64,000 nucleotides of DNA from Phallusia mammillata (lineage: Eukaryota), in the NCBI GenBank assembly GCA_965637545.1, contig OZ281497.1, positions 21,452,001 to 21,516,000 on the forward strand, given 5' to 3'. Numbering within the stretch: position 1 is the stretch's first letter; every line of letters starts with the position of its first letter. The notes beneath the pieces are model-generated. The model had not been told where the DNA came from and made no database searches. It saw only the letters and a list, made by a program, of their open reading frames with translations. This document shows, piece by piece, positions 36,503-49,800 of the stretch. A program made the position numbers and the translations under genes.

Positions 36503-37785
36503 AGACAGTAGCAGTCAGAGACTAAGCTTAGTAGTCTCTGGTAGCAGTACAAATGCAACCCAATAGGTTGTGCCCTAAAAGTGCAAACGTAAAATTTGTT
36601 TTTTGATTTTTTATTATTATCCGCTAGATGACGCTAGTGTACCGTATGGCATTTTGTCTGCAATCCGTTTGATGTGCGACAAGCAATCAGACGAATTTTT
36701 GACATAGACCTAATCAGTATACGTACTTGATTGCATAGTGATATTAGGTGATATTGTATGAAGAAGATTTTGACTATGGTTTAACTTAACCGCGTAAGAA
36801 TGAACAATGTAAACTTTGGTTTGAAGGCAAACTGTTATTTCATTGTTTTTGAAAAACGGTAATATTGCCTATGCAAAGTTTAACAAAAACATTTATTTCA
36901 CGTGGTAGAAACCAGCCTTTTCCATTTCCTTGCCCGGAAGATGAAATTAACTTGAATACAATTTTGACATTAAATTTCAGGATTTTGCACAACGATAGGC
37001 TACTCGTTAATAAAAGACCAGAAAACCTTCTATGACTAGCTTGGTTTGGTAGTTTTGAAAGATAGGTCGGCAATTTAAAATCATTACGTAACCTTGCTAT
37101 TGTCAATCTGCGCAATGAGTTGAATTCAAAGTACGTATCCTAGCGCCATTGGATTAGATACCAAGCAAAGGCTTTGCACCTATACAATTTGGTCAATCAA
37201 TATAATTTAAGACATAAAATACAACTAAATTACTATTCTTGGGTACAACATACCGGTAAGAAAGGAACCGCGTCATCAAATTCGAACTGGGACGCATTCG
37301 ACACTGCATTTTTTGTGACGTCATAATGCAAGGGCGACAAAGCGTGACGTACGTTTCTTCGTGATTTGACGATTGCTTTACTTGTTGTTTGTTTTGTTTG
37401 CGCTAGTTATCTTGTGTGATAGAGTGATAAATTCTTCCTAGCTTGGATAGTTTGTGTAAGAAAGACAAATGCAGCTTAGGCTATCAAATTATTCGCAATA
37501 GTTTTGTGCTAAAAATGAAAAAAAGTATTTTGTGGAACATTAGATTTAGTTATTAGCTTCAACAACAACGTCAGTACTCTAAAACTAGAAAGGGAAAGTA
37601 AACACAATTAAAAAGAATTAGAAAAAGAAAATAAATACTAACAAGCATTTTGTACATGTTTTTCACTTTGGTTATTCACTATGCAGCATTTGATGAAGGT
37701 TTATTTAGCATTTGAACAAAATTGCTGTGTTTAACAACTTAAAAAGGTTAAACTTAAAGTGAAACCAATGTAAACATTTTACTGA

Positions 37786-39875
37786 ATGGGAAAGATAATT
37801 AATATGAGCGCTGATTTTGCCCATCAAGAAACACTGACTTTGCACAAGTTGGTGTTTAACAATGACATTTCAGGAGTATCAAAGTATGTAAACCGCAGCA
37901 AGTCAGCCCAGCTTGCTGATCAGCTGGATCAACATGGAAACACACCGTTGCATCTTGCTGTCATGCTTGGCCACAAAGAATGTGTTCAGATTCTTCTCAA
38001 ACACAATCACACTGTTAATGTCAAAAACATATATGGTTGGACTCCGTTGCATGAATCAATTAGCTATGGTGACAGACAAACCATAACATCACTGTTTAGA
38101 GCCATAAGAAAGCAAAACAAAACTGCCATTAAGCATAAAAAGCCTGAGATTCGCAGAGCTTTGGAAGCAATCGGTGGCAATTTTTCTTTGGAAATGAAGT
38201 GGGATTTCCAAAGCTGGATCCCTTTTGTGTCAAAGATTTTGCCATCAGACATATGTAAGATCTACAGAAAAGGAAGTCGCATTCGACTTGACTCAACCCT
38301 GGAAGATTTTAGTGACATGAGATGGATTCGTGGGGATGTGACATTTTTGGTAAACTTTGACACTGAAGGGGAACCTGACATTGTACTGATGGATAATAGG
38401 TAACCTTATTAAATGTTTTAATCCACTACAATTTCATAAACTGTAATGCCAAGTATATATATACTGGCTGAAATGTGTTTGATTATCCTCATGCTAAAGA
38501 AAGTACCACTTTGCATTTGTTTTTCTTTGCATGATTACTAGCACATTATGTTGTGTGGTATGCATTAGGTTAAGTAAATATAACATTTGCATTTTAAAGG
38601 TTATCACACAGTAGCTCATGTAAATATGTTTAGAGTTAATTGTTTGGTCATGGGTGCACAATGAGTAACAGTGGTGTATGTTATGATAGTTATTTGATTG
38701 GCCACTTGTCTTGAAAAGAAATCAAATTGCCCTAAATAAGAACAAAGTGACCATTGAAAGAGCATAAAATGTAGTGAAGTGTTAATTGAAATGTACTGAA
38801 AATTATGATTTATGCATTTTTTGGTCATTCATAAAACAATTGAAATGTTAAAGTTGTATAATTTCTGCATTTTATGACAGTTCAATGGCAATATCGTTCT
38901 TAGTTGTTCATTGTCTTGATTGTGATTCTGAAAACTTTTTGGAGTAAATTCAAATGTTACAAAGACAAAATATATCTGGGGCCTGGTTTATTAGGGTAAT
39001 GTTATGTATTAAGTAATATTTTCTAATGAGAAATGTGATGTCATATATTTTCCAGGAGAAAAGTTTACCAACGCATGCAGCAATCTTCGAATGAACGTGA
39101 AGCCTCAATTGAAGATGAAGTGGATGTTGCAATGAGTAGCGATATCATTGATGTGGCTGTGAAAAGCAAAGCATCTGTCATCGAAAGAGTTAGTTCAGGC
39201 TGGTTTTTCAGGCATGAGAAAACTGAAAAAATTGGAAGATTTGAAGCAGACTTCTATCGAATATCTGGCCTTTTGGTACAGACTAGGAAACGCAGAGAGC
39301 ATTTGTCCGAGGAAGACATTCGGCGCAATAAGTCTCTGCGCGACGCCTTTAAGCATGCTGAAAACACTGAAAAGTTCTTGGAAGAAAGTGTTGATGAAGA
39401 ACCAGAGAGAAGAAAGTCATTACCCGCACCTGAAGGTCAGAAGATGTCATGGGACCAATATCACAAAAGCCTTGCTGCCTCAAACCCATGTTTGGGAAGG
39501 TACCCCAGAGAGAAAATAAATCAAAAACAGTTTGACCCTGTAGTTGGACTTAGTGCTGACTTTCCAGTTAGGTTGGAGGATTTGCTGCCTATTTTGGAAG
39601 CTTTAGGCCCAAAAGGAAAAATGTTCTCAAAGCTAAAAGACTTTATCAAGCTAAGACTACCTCCTGGCTTTCCAGTACGAGTTGACCTACCAATTTTCCC
39701 TGCTGTAAAGGCCACTGTCAGTTTTACCCAGTTCCAGTTTTCTGATGCACTTTCAGACTCTATGTTTGATGTCCCAAGGTCGTACAAGGAAGACCGCGAG
39801 TGGTTTGAAAAAACTGCCAAAGAAAAGCAACAAGAAATGGCAAAACTCAATAGCAAATCTGGAAGCTCAGTCTAA
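37786..39875 (+). CDS. ANKRD13C: Ankyrin repeat domain-containing protein 13C
   Basis: Exons 37786-38399 and 39056-39875 (phase-2 intron, join DNRRKVYQR). GNTPLHLAVMLG, ISYGDRQ, WDFQSWIP, RKRREHLSEEDI, LPPGFPV; no UIMs at the C-terminus. Confidence 0.9.
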
Positions 39876-40431
39876 ACTTTCAAGTATTGGCAAAAGTCTA
39901 CTAATTATCATAACACCAACTATACAGTAGTTGATTAGATTTTCCTCTTTAGTTTCTTCTTCTGCATTATTTTTCTGCCTGTTTTTAGTTTGTTTTACGT
40001 TTTAAGTGCAATTACTTTCCCTTTTACTGCACTTTTTATGTATGGGATATATATACTGTATGCATGCAGTTTGCAATGAGATTGAAGTTGGTTGCAGTGT
40101 TATCTGCAATCGGTGATACAATTGTAGTACATATGAAGGGTATCTCGCAAACCTATGCTTGTTCATTGTTATTTGTTTCTCGGCAGAATTATTCGTTTGT
40201 TTTTTCTCGCATTATCCTGGTGACTATCCATGATACACACTTTTAGACATTACTTATGCACCATGATTTTATCTTCACATAATTATAGACCAACGTACAC
40301 GATAAAAGTCACGTGACAATCAAATCATGGTGCAGTTGAGAGTTTTATTGCATCTGCATATTTTTATGAAGTATGATTTTAATTGTTACTTTCTTTTGAT
40401 GCTTAGGTTGAAGTAGCCATAATTTATTGCG

Positions 40432-41187
40432 ATGAATATTTTGCCGAAAAAAAGCTGGCATGTGCGCAACAAAGACAACGTCGCCAAAGTGCGCAAGGAC
40501 GAAGAAGAGGCACGTCTTCAAGAAAAAGATCGACTCCGAAGAGTGGCTTTAGCGGAGCAGGAATCTCGCACTGAATTGCTTCGAAAGCGCGCACGGGGAC
40601 TTTCAAACACCACAGACACGCAGTTGGCACGTAGCGAACCGGGCACAACGACCAATCTGTTCAAAAACTTAGAGACCGATGCAAAAAATGCCGAACACGA
40701 AGAGGAAAAGAGATTGGAAAAGGAGGCACAGGAGAAAAAGATTGGTTTGTTGACCTACCTTGGACAGAGCGCGGTTGAGACAATGAAAGATGACGACAAG
40801 CCTTGGTATTTCAAAGCCCCTCAGCGAACAGCCGACGAATCAAAAGACTCGAAACGAAAAGCGTCGCTTGATCCTCTTAACGATATGAAAGAGCATTTAT
40901 CTAAGAAGAAAAAGAAGTCGAAAAAGTCACATAAAAAGGAAAAGACGCATTCCCACGAGCGGCGAACCTCTAGCGGTGCTGGCAAAGACGACAAGATGAT
41001 GCAAATGCGCAAGGCCCGGCTGCAGAGAGAAGCTCAGGAGAGACAACGCGCTAAGGGACTGCTGGAAAAGCATTACGGCGTTGCTAAAGCAAACGATGAC
41101 TCACCGCCCCGACAATCAACGTTTGTCCCGAAATACAACAATCAGTTTAACCCTCTTTTCGCTAGGAATAATAGAACGTCAAAATAA
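40432..41187 (+). CDS. LENG1: Leukocyte receptor cluster member 1 homolog (CIR-N domain)
   Basis: MNILPKKSWHVRNKDNV, KIGLLTYLGQS, PWY, LDPL, YNNQFNP motifs; intronless CDS. Confidence 0.92.
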   Translation: MNILPKKSWHVRNKDNVAKVRKDEEEARLQEKDRLRRVALAEQESRTELLRKRARGLSNTTDTQLARSEPGTTTNLFKNLETDAKNAEHEEEKRLEKEAQEKKIGLLTYLGQSAVETMKDDDKPWYFKAPQRTADESKDSKRKASLDPLNDMKEHLSKKKKKSKKSHKKEKTHSHERRTSSGAGKDDKMMQMRKARLQREAQERQRAKGLLEKHYGVAKANDDSPPRQSTFVPKYNNQFNPLFARNNRTSK

Positions 41188-41816
41188 AATACACGTAAAG
41201 CAGTTTGGTCGTATAGCCACCACTGAATACCGTGGAGGATTTTAATAAATGACAGCGAAAATACACCAGAGCTAAACCAGTCAAAATAAAATGTACTCCA
41301 AGCAGTTTTGTTCATATGACGGCCACTGAATATTGTGTAGGATTTTAACAAAAGACAGGCAAAAAACATCAGACCTGGTCTGGCAACTTTCTGCAGTTTG
41401 TTACTCTTGTTGTCAGTATAAATTGCTTAGAAACTAGGGTGGAATAACTTGCAGGCAATTTTGCAGAATCGCTTGTAATCTATTACGTTATCTTTCACTT
41501 CGTTGCTCTGCTCTATCGTTTTGGTGGGCGAAACCTGAGCAAAATTACAAGTTCTTAAAAAAAATTAGCTTAGTATTTTGTTTAGCATCACCCCAGTTGA
41601 ACGACAAATTTGTTCAATAAACCTACGCTACCACCGAGTCTCAATCTGTTTAGCCCGAGAGTACAATTAAGTTTCTAAACCATAACTTTGATCTAAAGAT
41701 TTTGCATTTGGTTACGGAGGAAAAATTCAACCCAGAGGGCTTAGATTGATAGTTCAACACGTCATCACTCGTCTTTTCTGAGTTCAAAATATTACACATT
41801 TTTTCTACCCCACGGG

Positions 41817-41974
41817 CAGTGGTGGGATTCAGCCGGATCGCACTGGTTCTATAGAACCGTCTCACGAAATTTCATGAGATCAGCGAACCGGTTAACATTA
41901 CTGGTTACTGTCAATGGATTTACTGTCAATGAACAGGCTGAAAAATATGACAAAAATGTTGAATGCCACCACTG
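41817..41974. mobile_element. 158-bp hAT-type MITE
   Basis: TIRs CAGTGGTGGGATTC ... GAATGCCACCACTG; perfect TSD cccacggg at 41809-41816 and 41975-41982. Confidence 0.88.
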
Positions 41975-43599
41975 CCCACGGGCAACGGGCAAAGATAAAA
42001 TGTTGTCTTTAAATTAAATAAATCAAAACCAGTTTTTATATAAGTAGCAATTTGATTTATAAAATAGGAAATAATAAAAAATATATTTCTGCAAGTAAAA
42101 ATGTCTTGAAAATCGGCAAAACAAAAAAATATGCATTTCGAAGGGACAATCCCATTTCGGCAACTATTGTTACGGTTCAATAGTCACATGGCGTACTGTA
42201 AGGATTGAAAAGAACTGGAGGTAAGTGTTGTCGAAAATGCAAACTTACTACGTTTTTCTCTTGTTAATCTAACAGCATCGCCAAAGTAATTGCATTTCTC
42301 ACATTTTGCTTTTCTTAAAATGCTGGGTACACATGCAGTTAAAATTATAGGGCGAAATGCTGATGTGCTTGCAGCAAACATTTTTAAATCATGCTCATTC
42401 AATCATACTCATTCAATTTGTATCTGCATAAATCCATGTTTCAGTGCTAGGTGGCAACAGATATTTCAATTGAAAAATTGCTTTGGGCTTGGTATTTGTT
42501 TGTGTGATAATAGTTGGTGGGTAATGTCAAATATTTCTGCCAAGTACTAGAAAAAATGTAGTTTATAGGTTTCTGTTTACTGGATACATTCCCTCGATTA
42601 TATTAAACACATCAACTTTTGACAAATACAGTTGCACAATTAATAAAATTACAGCCAAAAGCAACTATTATTTGTAAAACTGCTTCTTTTGAGTGCATTT
42701 AGTTACATAAACATGATCAAACAATAGATGCAATGAACTATTTATATATGTTACAATAATATATTATCCAAACATTTCTGGTCTCTACACCCAAAACCAA
42801 TAACTGCAGCAACGTTTTAATTATAGTGGTAAAAAAAGAATAAAAAATAAATGGATAGATAAAAATATACAGTTTAAGTTGGTTGGTGTGGTTAACTTGT
42901 ATTTTTTTTTACTTTCATTCATTTTAGGAAAAGGGGTTTTGGTTGGGATATTTAGTAACCTACTCTGTGTTTAAAAACCTTTCATTACATTTCCCAGATA
43001 TGATTTACACTTTTTATCACTCAAAAAAAAACATAATTGTATTTCTGTATCAAATGAACCTAATCTTCTTAACAAATCAACTTTAGAAGTTTATGATACA
43101 TTTGTTGTATATTGCACATTATGATAATACACATACATGAGAATAGCTCTGTAATATGTGTTTGGTAAATCAAAAACATTAATATTGATGATGACACTGT
43201 GTTAGACAAGTAAGGACATAATGTCTCCAGGTCCCACTGGGTTTTCTAGACCAGTTATACAGGCACCAAATTATGGAAAATGCACCTATACATTTTGCAA
43301 CCTGTTGTTGCAATGCAGTATGATAAAAATCAGAAATGAGTTTTTCATTGAATGGTAAAAATACTTGAGGAACCATACCTGCATAAAACACACATACAAG
43401 TCAAATACAAGTTCGTTAATTTATTAACCGTTTTTAACTTGGTATCAAAAGTGATGTATGCTCTGTGTCATTTACTGGAACTTAAGTCTGATTCTGGCTA
43501 ATCATTAGTCATGCCACTGGATTCAGCGCTTAAAACAGAAGTTGCGATTTAGAAACAACACATTGTGCGACAGGCTGTAGCATGTTTGCTCGGCAAGCA

Positions 43600-43800
43600 T
43601 ATCCTCCGAGAGCGCCGTCGATGACGTCATCAACGCAATACACAGAGCAAAAAAGGCAAATCTCCGCGACCGAAAACGCTCTCGGATTTTTTTGCCGCGA
43701 TTGGAGCCATTTAAATCTTGTTACCGATTGTCGCGGACGCATTGTATCAAAACTGTGTGAAAATTTCCGCATAAACTTGCTTTTTTACGTAGAAAAGGAA
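43600..43800 (+). promoter_or_regulatory. Probable RNF220 promoter/5' region
   Basis: CpG-enriched block just upstream of the ATG, with palindromic ATGACGTCAT (CRE-like, 43621) and reverse CCAAT (gattgg, ~43699). Confidence 0.45.
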
Positions 43801-43801
43801 A

Positions 43802-46800
43802 ATGTCAGGTAAAGAAATATGGACTAAAGAATTGCTAGCTCCATAAACGGAGTTTTAATTTTAGTGATGTTGTTTTTAACTTCGTATATTTGTCCACAGG
43901 TGCAGATAAGTTTTCACCCTCGATTGGACGATATCAAGCGGACGTGAGGTAAGTCCATGTTGCTAACCGTTCACGTGTGTCATTACCTGCAATTTTCCGC
44001 CCATTTTAAAGCATTTTGTATTTGTTAAATTGCCGATGTAAAATGCCTAGTAGACCTTTGCCAATATCGGCGATTTAAAGGTACAACCTTTATTTGAAGG
44101 TCCAACCTTAGGTACAAGTACAATCAAAATGAGATCCCCTTTCTTTGATGGTATAAGTTATTTCCGGCTGAAGCAAAACGTATTTTACAACGTTCCTTTA
44201 GTTGTACAACGTTAAGGCTAATTAAAAATTTGTTTGTTATGGTATACGTATTATTCACTTGCAAGCACCTTTATATTACTGCATCCTACAAAACTCAACA
44301 CAAAATGGCGGCGTGTATTACGGTTTTATTTACGTTTTTTGAAGATATTGCAACAACCCTACACAGCAAGGAATACAAGGACTTTCAATTTCCCCGCCTT
44401 CCATCTCCGCATCCGTTCCTCCCCCTGCGCCTCACCCTTTTATCGCGCACTTTTATCCAATTGCGCCGGGAATCGAGCAATCAAATTCCGGCTATCAGAT
44501 CCCAACAAACTCGATCCCGCAACCGTCTTCAGCCGCTGCGCTTTACGCACTTGCTGCTTCCGGATGTGTAGGACAGAAACTGTCGTCCCAGTTGTTACGA
44601 AGTGAGATTAAAGCTTTTTGTTTGATTTCGTTTGTTCTACTTTTTTCTAGTGAATAAATACTACAATATTTTCTAAGCCAGCTATAAGCTTATGGCTTAT
44701 TGACAAAAAATATTTTTTGTTTGAACATACGAAACTGTTCTCACGTTTTAGATTTTCAAAGCAAGGCCCATAAGCTTGCAATCCAATCCGAAACCAAACA
44801 TAATCTTTCGCGTGACAATATCTCTCCACCAGCAAAGAAACAACGTCAACAGGTTGGTGCCGAGTACAATTGTCACTAAAATATTACTGTAGCTTAAAAC
44901 GTACCGACATTTGTTTTAAAGCAATAAAACTTGGGGCGTATACCGTCAAATCCTTCGAAGAAACAAAATCGTTTCTATGTGAAGATTGTATATTTTGTCC
45001 ATACGCATTTATTAGTTTCTTTTTCAAATAGAGAAGTTCTCATTTGGAATCATTGAGCTAAAAACCCGCTATCTGTGTTTTTTGATTTGTCGGTAAAAAC
45101 GCTTTGATATTTGTTATGTTTCTTTTTTAAAGTTCGACGTCGTTTCGTTGACTGACAATTCTCCTCCTCGGGCATCCAACGCCCCCTCATCCGCATTTAC
45201 CCCCAACAACTTTGTCCCATACGCGCAAGGTGAGTTTAAGGTTTGGGGTTGGCATCCCCCAAAATTTTGTAAGCAAGCTGTTACATTTGTTATCATTTGC
45301 AGTCGATGCCAATATTTCCATTTACTGCTCTCCTTTTATTTTTTGGCTTCCGGTCATTTTTGATTTTAATTTAACAAGCAGACGTTTGTTTTACGTCATT
45401 GAATGGTGAAGTAATATGCATTCAGCAATGTGCTGGAAAATTATTGCAAAAAAGGGGTATTGCGCGATTAGTGAGGTAATATGTTATAATGAAAACAAAA
45501 TGCCATTTCTGTGTGGTAATAGGTTTGTATGGACTGATTCGTTACTGTTCCCTAATTTGTTTAAAAAAATTCGGCCGTGCAAACAATTTTCCTAGCCTTT
45601 TTTTTCTTTTTCTATGGCGCTGTAAAAACTCTACTTAAAACATTCCGATCGAACTAGTTTTCTACCTTTCTACCCGTCGACCAGGCAACTATTTCGGAAC
45701 ACCTAAATCGGCAAGCCCCTAATGTTTTCTCTTCTGTTACTTTATCTTGCTCCAAAGCAGTTTTCCCCTATTTCGATTCCGTGGATTCGTGGGGGCAGTG
45801 ACCAGTGAGGCTTTGTAGGTCCATGAGAGGGTTTCGTTGGTACACAAAAAAGATTTTCTAGAAACAGTTTTGAACTACCTACTGTTTCATTACCTAACAT
45901 TTTGATCGAGCTTATGATTTGTACGCAAAAATATAGTCAGGCACCTAATAAGGCTAAACTCTGGATCAAGTTCTAACCTCCTGGGCGATAAGGCAGTGGA
46001 GGAGCGTCCACAAAAATTGGCTCGTATATTCGCGTGGATTTGCAGCGGTCTCATTGTGCTGATAGCATCGCAGCGGCTATAGCTAGAGGTGTGTTGTTTA
46101 CGTCGCTTTACGACCTGTACGTGATTAAGTATCTGATCGTAACACTCACACCGGAGACTGTCACATACCGAAGGTCATCGACTTATTTATCATTTCTATG
46201 GCCGGTTGCCAAGTAACTGTGCCTGCTGGAAAGCGCGTCAATGGCGGTGGTGATGCGCATTTTTATTGGAAAAAAATCAAACGATGATTTGGAATAATAA
46301 GTTCATCGCTGTGATTGCGCTTATTATGAAATATTCCTATAAATCGATTTATGTGATTATTGTACGATGGATTTTACCCGTTAATATAAATCATCTTGCA
46401 CTGATAATAATCATAAGAGCGATTGTTGAAAGGTCTTTGAATTGAATGCATTCACTAAACACGAGCTTTATGGCAGTTTATTTGTATCAAACATCAGTCA
46501 CAATTTCCTCGTCCAGAAGAGAAACAAATATATTTTGAACGAAATAGCAAAGATCATATTGCTAAAAAAATGTACACACTTCTTGTTCAGTTACTTTGTT
46601 TATGGCGTTTATCCTAAAATTTAATAGAGTATCACAATTTTTATAATTTTAAATAGAAACAAATTTCTACTTTCAATAGATAAACGGTAAAAACATTTTT
46701 GTTTCGGTTCGAACCGAAAAACATGTGCTTTTGCTCGCATAACAAACAAAACAATCCCAACTGCACCCGCATGGCCAATTTCTAAGAAATTATCTGTTTC

Positions 46801-49800
46801 AATCAGAATTTCTTGTGAAGCGATTGAATAAACATATAGTCCGTCCTAAATATAACATGAAATGTATGTTTACACAAAGGCGGCTGGAAGAGAATTGAGA
46901 TACCTAGCCTAGACTTGGAATGCCCTAAACTTTTAATAAATAGTCCACTAACAGCGTTTTAAGATATTGTGGTTTCGGTGTATTTGGAAATGTCCATACT
47001 TGTTTGTTATTCTGATCAACCCGATTGGTCGAGTACACTATAAAATCGAAATCTGTTCGGCATTTGTTTTTTTCGGAGAATTTCCTGTTTTGTTTTCTCG
47101 GCGGCCAAGTTGCTTATTCTGCGACTTTACTTCACACGGAAAACTCTTCTTACAAAAAAGTATCTGAAAATTAAAAATCGTTTCAAAGTAACGTAATCAG
47201 TCAATGATTAAATATGAAATGTATATTTTTCGCATAAACGGCTTCTTTATAAGTTACATTTAAATTGATAATTAATTTAAAGTCAAAGGATCGAAACCAT
47301 AAATTCCGCATCCATTTGCGTCCTAAGAATTACAACCAAAATCTTTGCGTTCAGAAATTAGTCCCAAACCACAAAAATGATAATTTGTTTCTTCGAATTT
47401 TCGACAGGGTCTGACGTCCAAAAGGTAAAATGCCAACAAGCAACCAACCACAAAACGTTGTGAGCGGAGTTTTTCTTATCTCGTCTTACGCTAATGGCCC
47501 CCGCGCCGCCGAAATGAACATCGGGCTCGCATGTTCGCTGCTAATCCGGAGAATACGCACTGTTTTCCCGCGACAGGATCTCGCTTATCTCGATCCTTAT
47601 CTGGCCGCTGCGACTCCGATTACCGGCATGGTAATCTCGAAAATTCGCCACTTGCTCAAACGAGTCCGTTCTCCTCTAAGCTTGACTCTCCGCAGTCTAT
47701 TAACACAGCTTCTCGTTTCGATCCTATCTGGTTTGGTGTGAGGCCTCTTCGTCGCCTCATGTCCCTTCCCAACTGTTAACATTACAAAGCGTTCATTGTC
47801 TTTGCCTTGTTTTAATCTTTCTCTCATCGGATGCTTGAAGTATGAATCAGGTCCTTCTGGTTTTCCTTATAAGGTCTGGCGTCTTCCGACTTCCCGACTG
47901 AAGATAACCTTTCTGCATTTTTGGTTTTCGTTGGAATATTTTTTTACCTAAAATTTTGTGGTCAAAAACCTACCTCTTGAAACAAATAGTACATACACTT
48001 AAATGACACGGTTTAGTACATGTCTTTCTTTTATAAGTGTAAGAAATCAGTTGAAACTATGTTTGTTTTTTTGTTGTCATTTTCCTAAGCACCATTATTT
48101 AAAAAAAAACATGCGTTATAAATTGAACGTCGACAAAACGACTGGATAAGCAAAATCAAATTTCAATTGAATAATGTAATTACTGTTTTTTTTACAGGTC
48201 TAAATGCATCGTCAATAACAGCTTGGCAACAGTTGATGCGACGTTTCCGTGGTGGAGAAGGAGCATTCGAATCTCACCAACCCGCAGGAAATTCAGCAGA
48301 ACTTTTTCGAAACTACTGCGCCGAATTCGCGGCGGCAACCCAAGTTCGTTCGTCAAACCCAGGCCAAGGATCTGGTTTCCCGTTGCGGGGGAACGAACCT
48401 CACTTTACCGCCAAGAATCTCTACGGAGCGTCAATGTTCTCGTCGCCTGAGAGAATGGTGTCAGACCCCTATATGACAAAGCGACCGAGCACAAGTCCAA
48501 CGCGGCGGTGTACATCACTAGCTGGTAGGAATTTACGTTGTCGAAAGTGTTTTCTGTTGGCGATGATAGTGCTTAACTGATTTGTGTTTAAGATAAGGGA
48601 GGTAACGAATTCTCCCCGCAAAGCGAAGGTACAAATGCTGAGGGAAATTTTACTACAAAGTCACAACCTGCAATGCGAGGTAAAATTTGAGTTTTCTTTT
48701 TCAGAGCTGTTTTGTTAAAACAGTGTCTGTGATCAAATTATTATTTTTGTAACAGACATTTCTCAGTCCTGCTCTCCTGGATGTCAGGAGTCACGTGATA
48801 CCATCGTCGATGTTGATTCGCCATTTCCGTCGACCAATGGGATATGTTTGAGCGCCTCGCCTGTCTTATTGGACGAATTGCAAAGGACCCGAAGACGTAA
48901 GTTCAGCTGTAATAACAAAGTGTTTACAATATTATGTTTCAATTTGCTTGTGTATTAATTAGTTATCTCAAATTGTGTTCGAGAAAAGATCTTTCCAAAA
49001 ATCTTTTAAATGAGTTATATCTTTTTTGTCCAAAGTGGATTATCCGTAAAACTTATATGTAACCCATCAGTAATTAACATTCAAATACAGATAAGATTGG
49101 CAAAATCTTTCAACTAAATCATTCCAAACGCGCAGTTAAAAGTGCCCAGCTCAACAATGGTATACCTCTTTGGATAAATCCCAAACAATCAAAGTTCACT
49201 TGTTCATACACAAGATAGCATAATCCTAAAATGAAATAAAAGTTTTGCAGAAAAACACCAGATAATAAAATGCAAAATTTTATCAAACACAGGCCGGTGG
49301 CATATGGTCATTGTTTACATAACCAGCAAGTGCAGTGCACACTGAAACAACTGTCAAATCCATAGGGGGCGGTTGACACCCCGCGCGGCTCGTTTGTTGT
49401 TGCAACGATTTAAGGACATTGCGCGTGCCTTTATGAAAATCGACCGGCGGTTATTTTCATCAAACTGGCACGATCCGTGATTGACGCTCGTATAATAAAT
49501 CTAGTATACTCTGTAGTATTGTTGACGTTGGGGAATATTTTCAACGTAAACGGGTGTTATGTAGTATGAGCGGTTGCGTGCCAAGAACGAGACGATATTT
49601 TCAGTTATGGTTAAAACGTACAAACAAAAGCAGGCTCAAACTGTTCTACTCTATTTTTAACTTTGAAACATTAAACACATACTTAACTCCCAAGGCTTTT
49701 AGTGCTGAATGGCAAGGCCCGTATCGTTACATTTGGTAAATTGACAAGTAAAAGAATGTAAAAATTTAAATTGGCTAAAACATTCCAGCAGCCTTTTTTC

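Noticed and set aside
42184-43391. Short minus-strand ORFs upstream of RNF220
   Set aside because: No recognisable domain or phase-consistent model; could be non-coding or decayed repeat.
44230-44605. ORF-track proteins 44230-44571 and 44234-44605
   Set aside because: The RNF220 exon uses the third frame (PQPSSAAALYALAAS).
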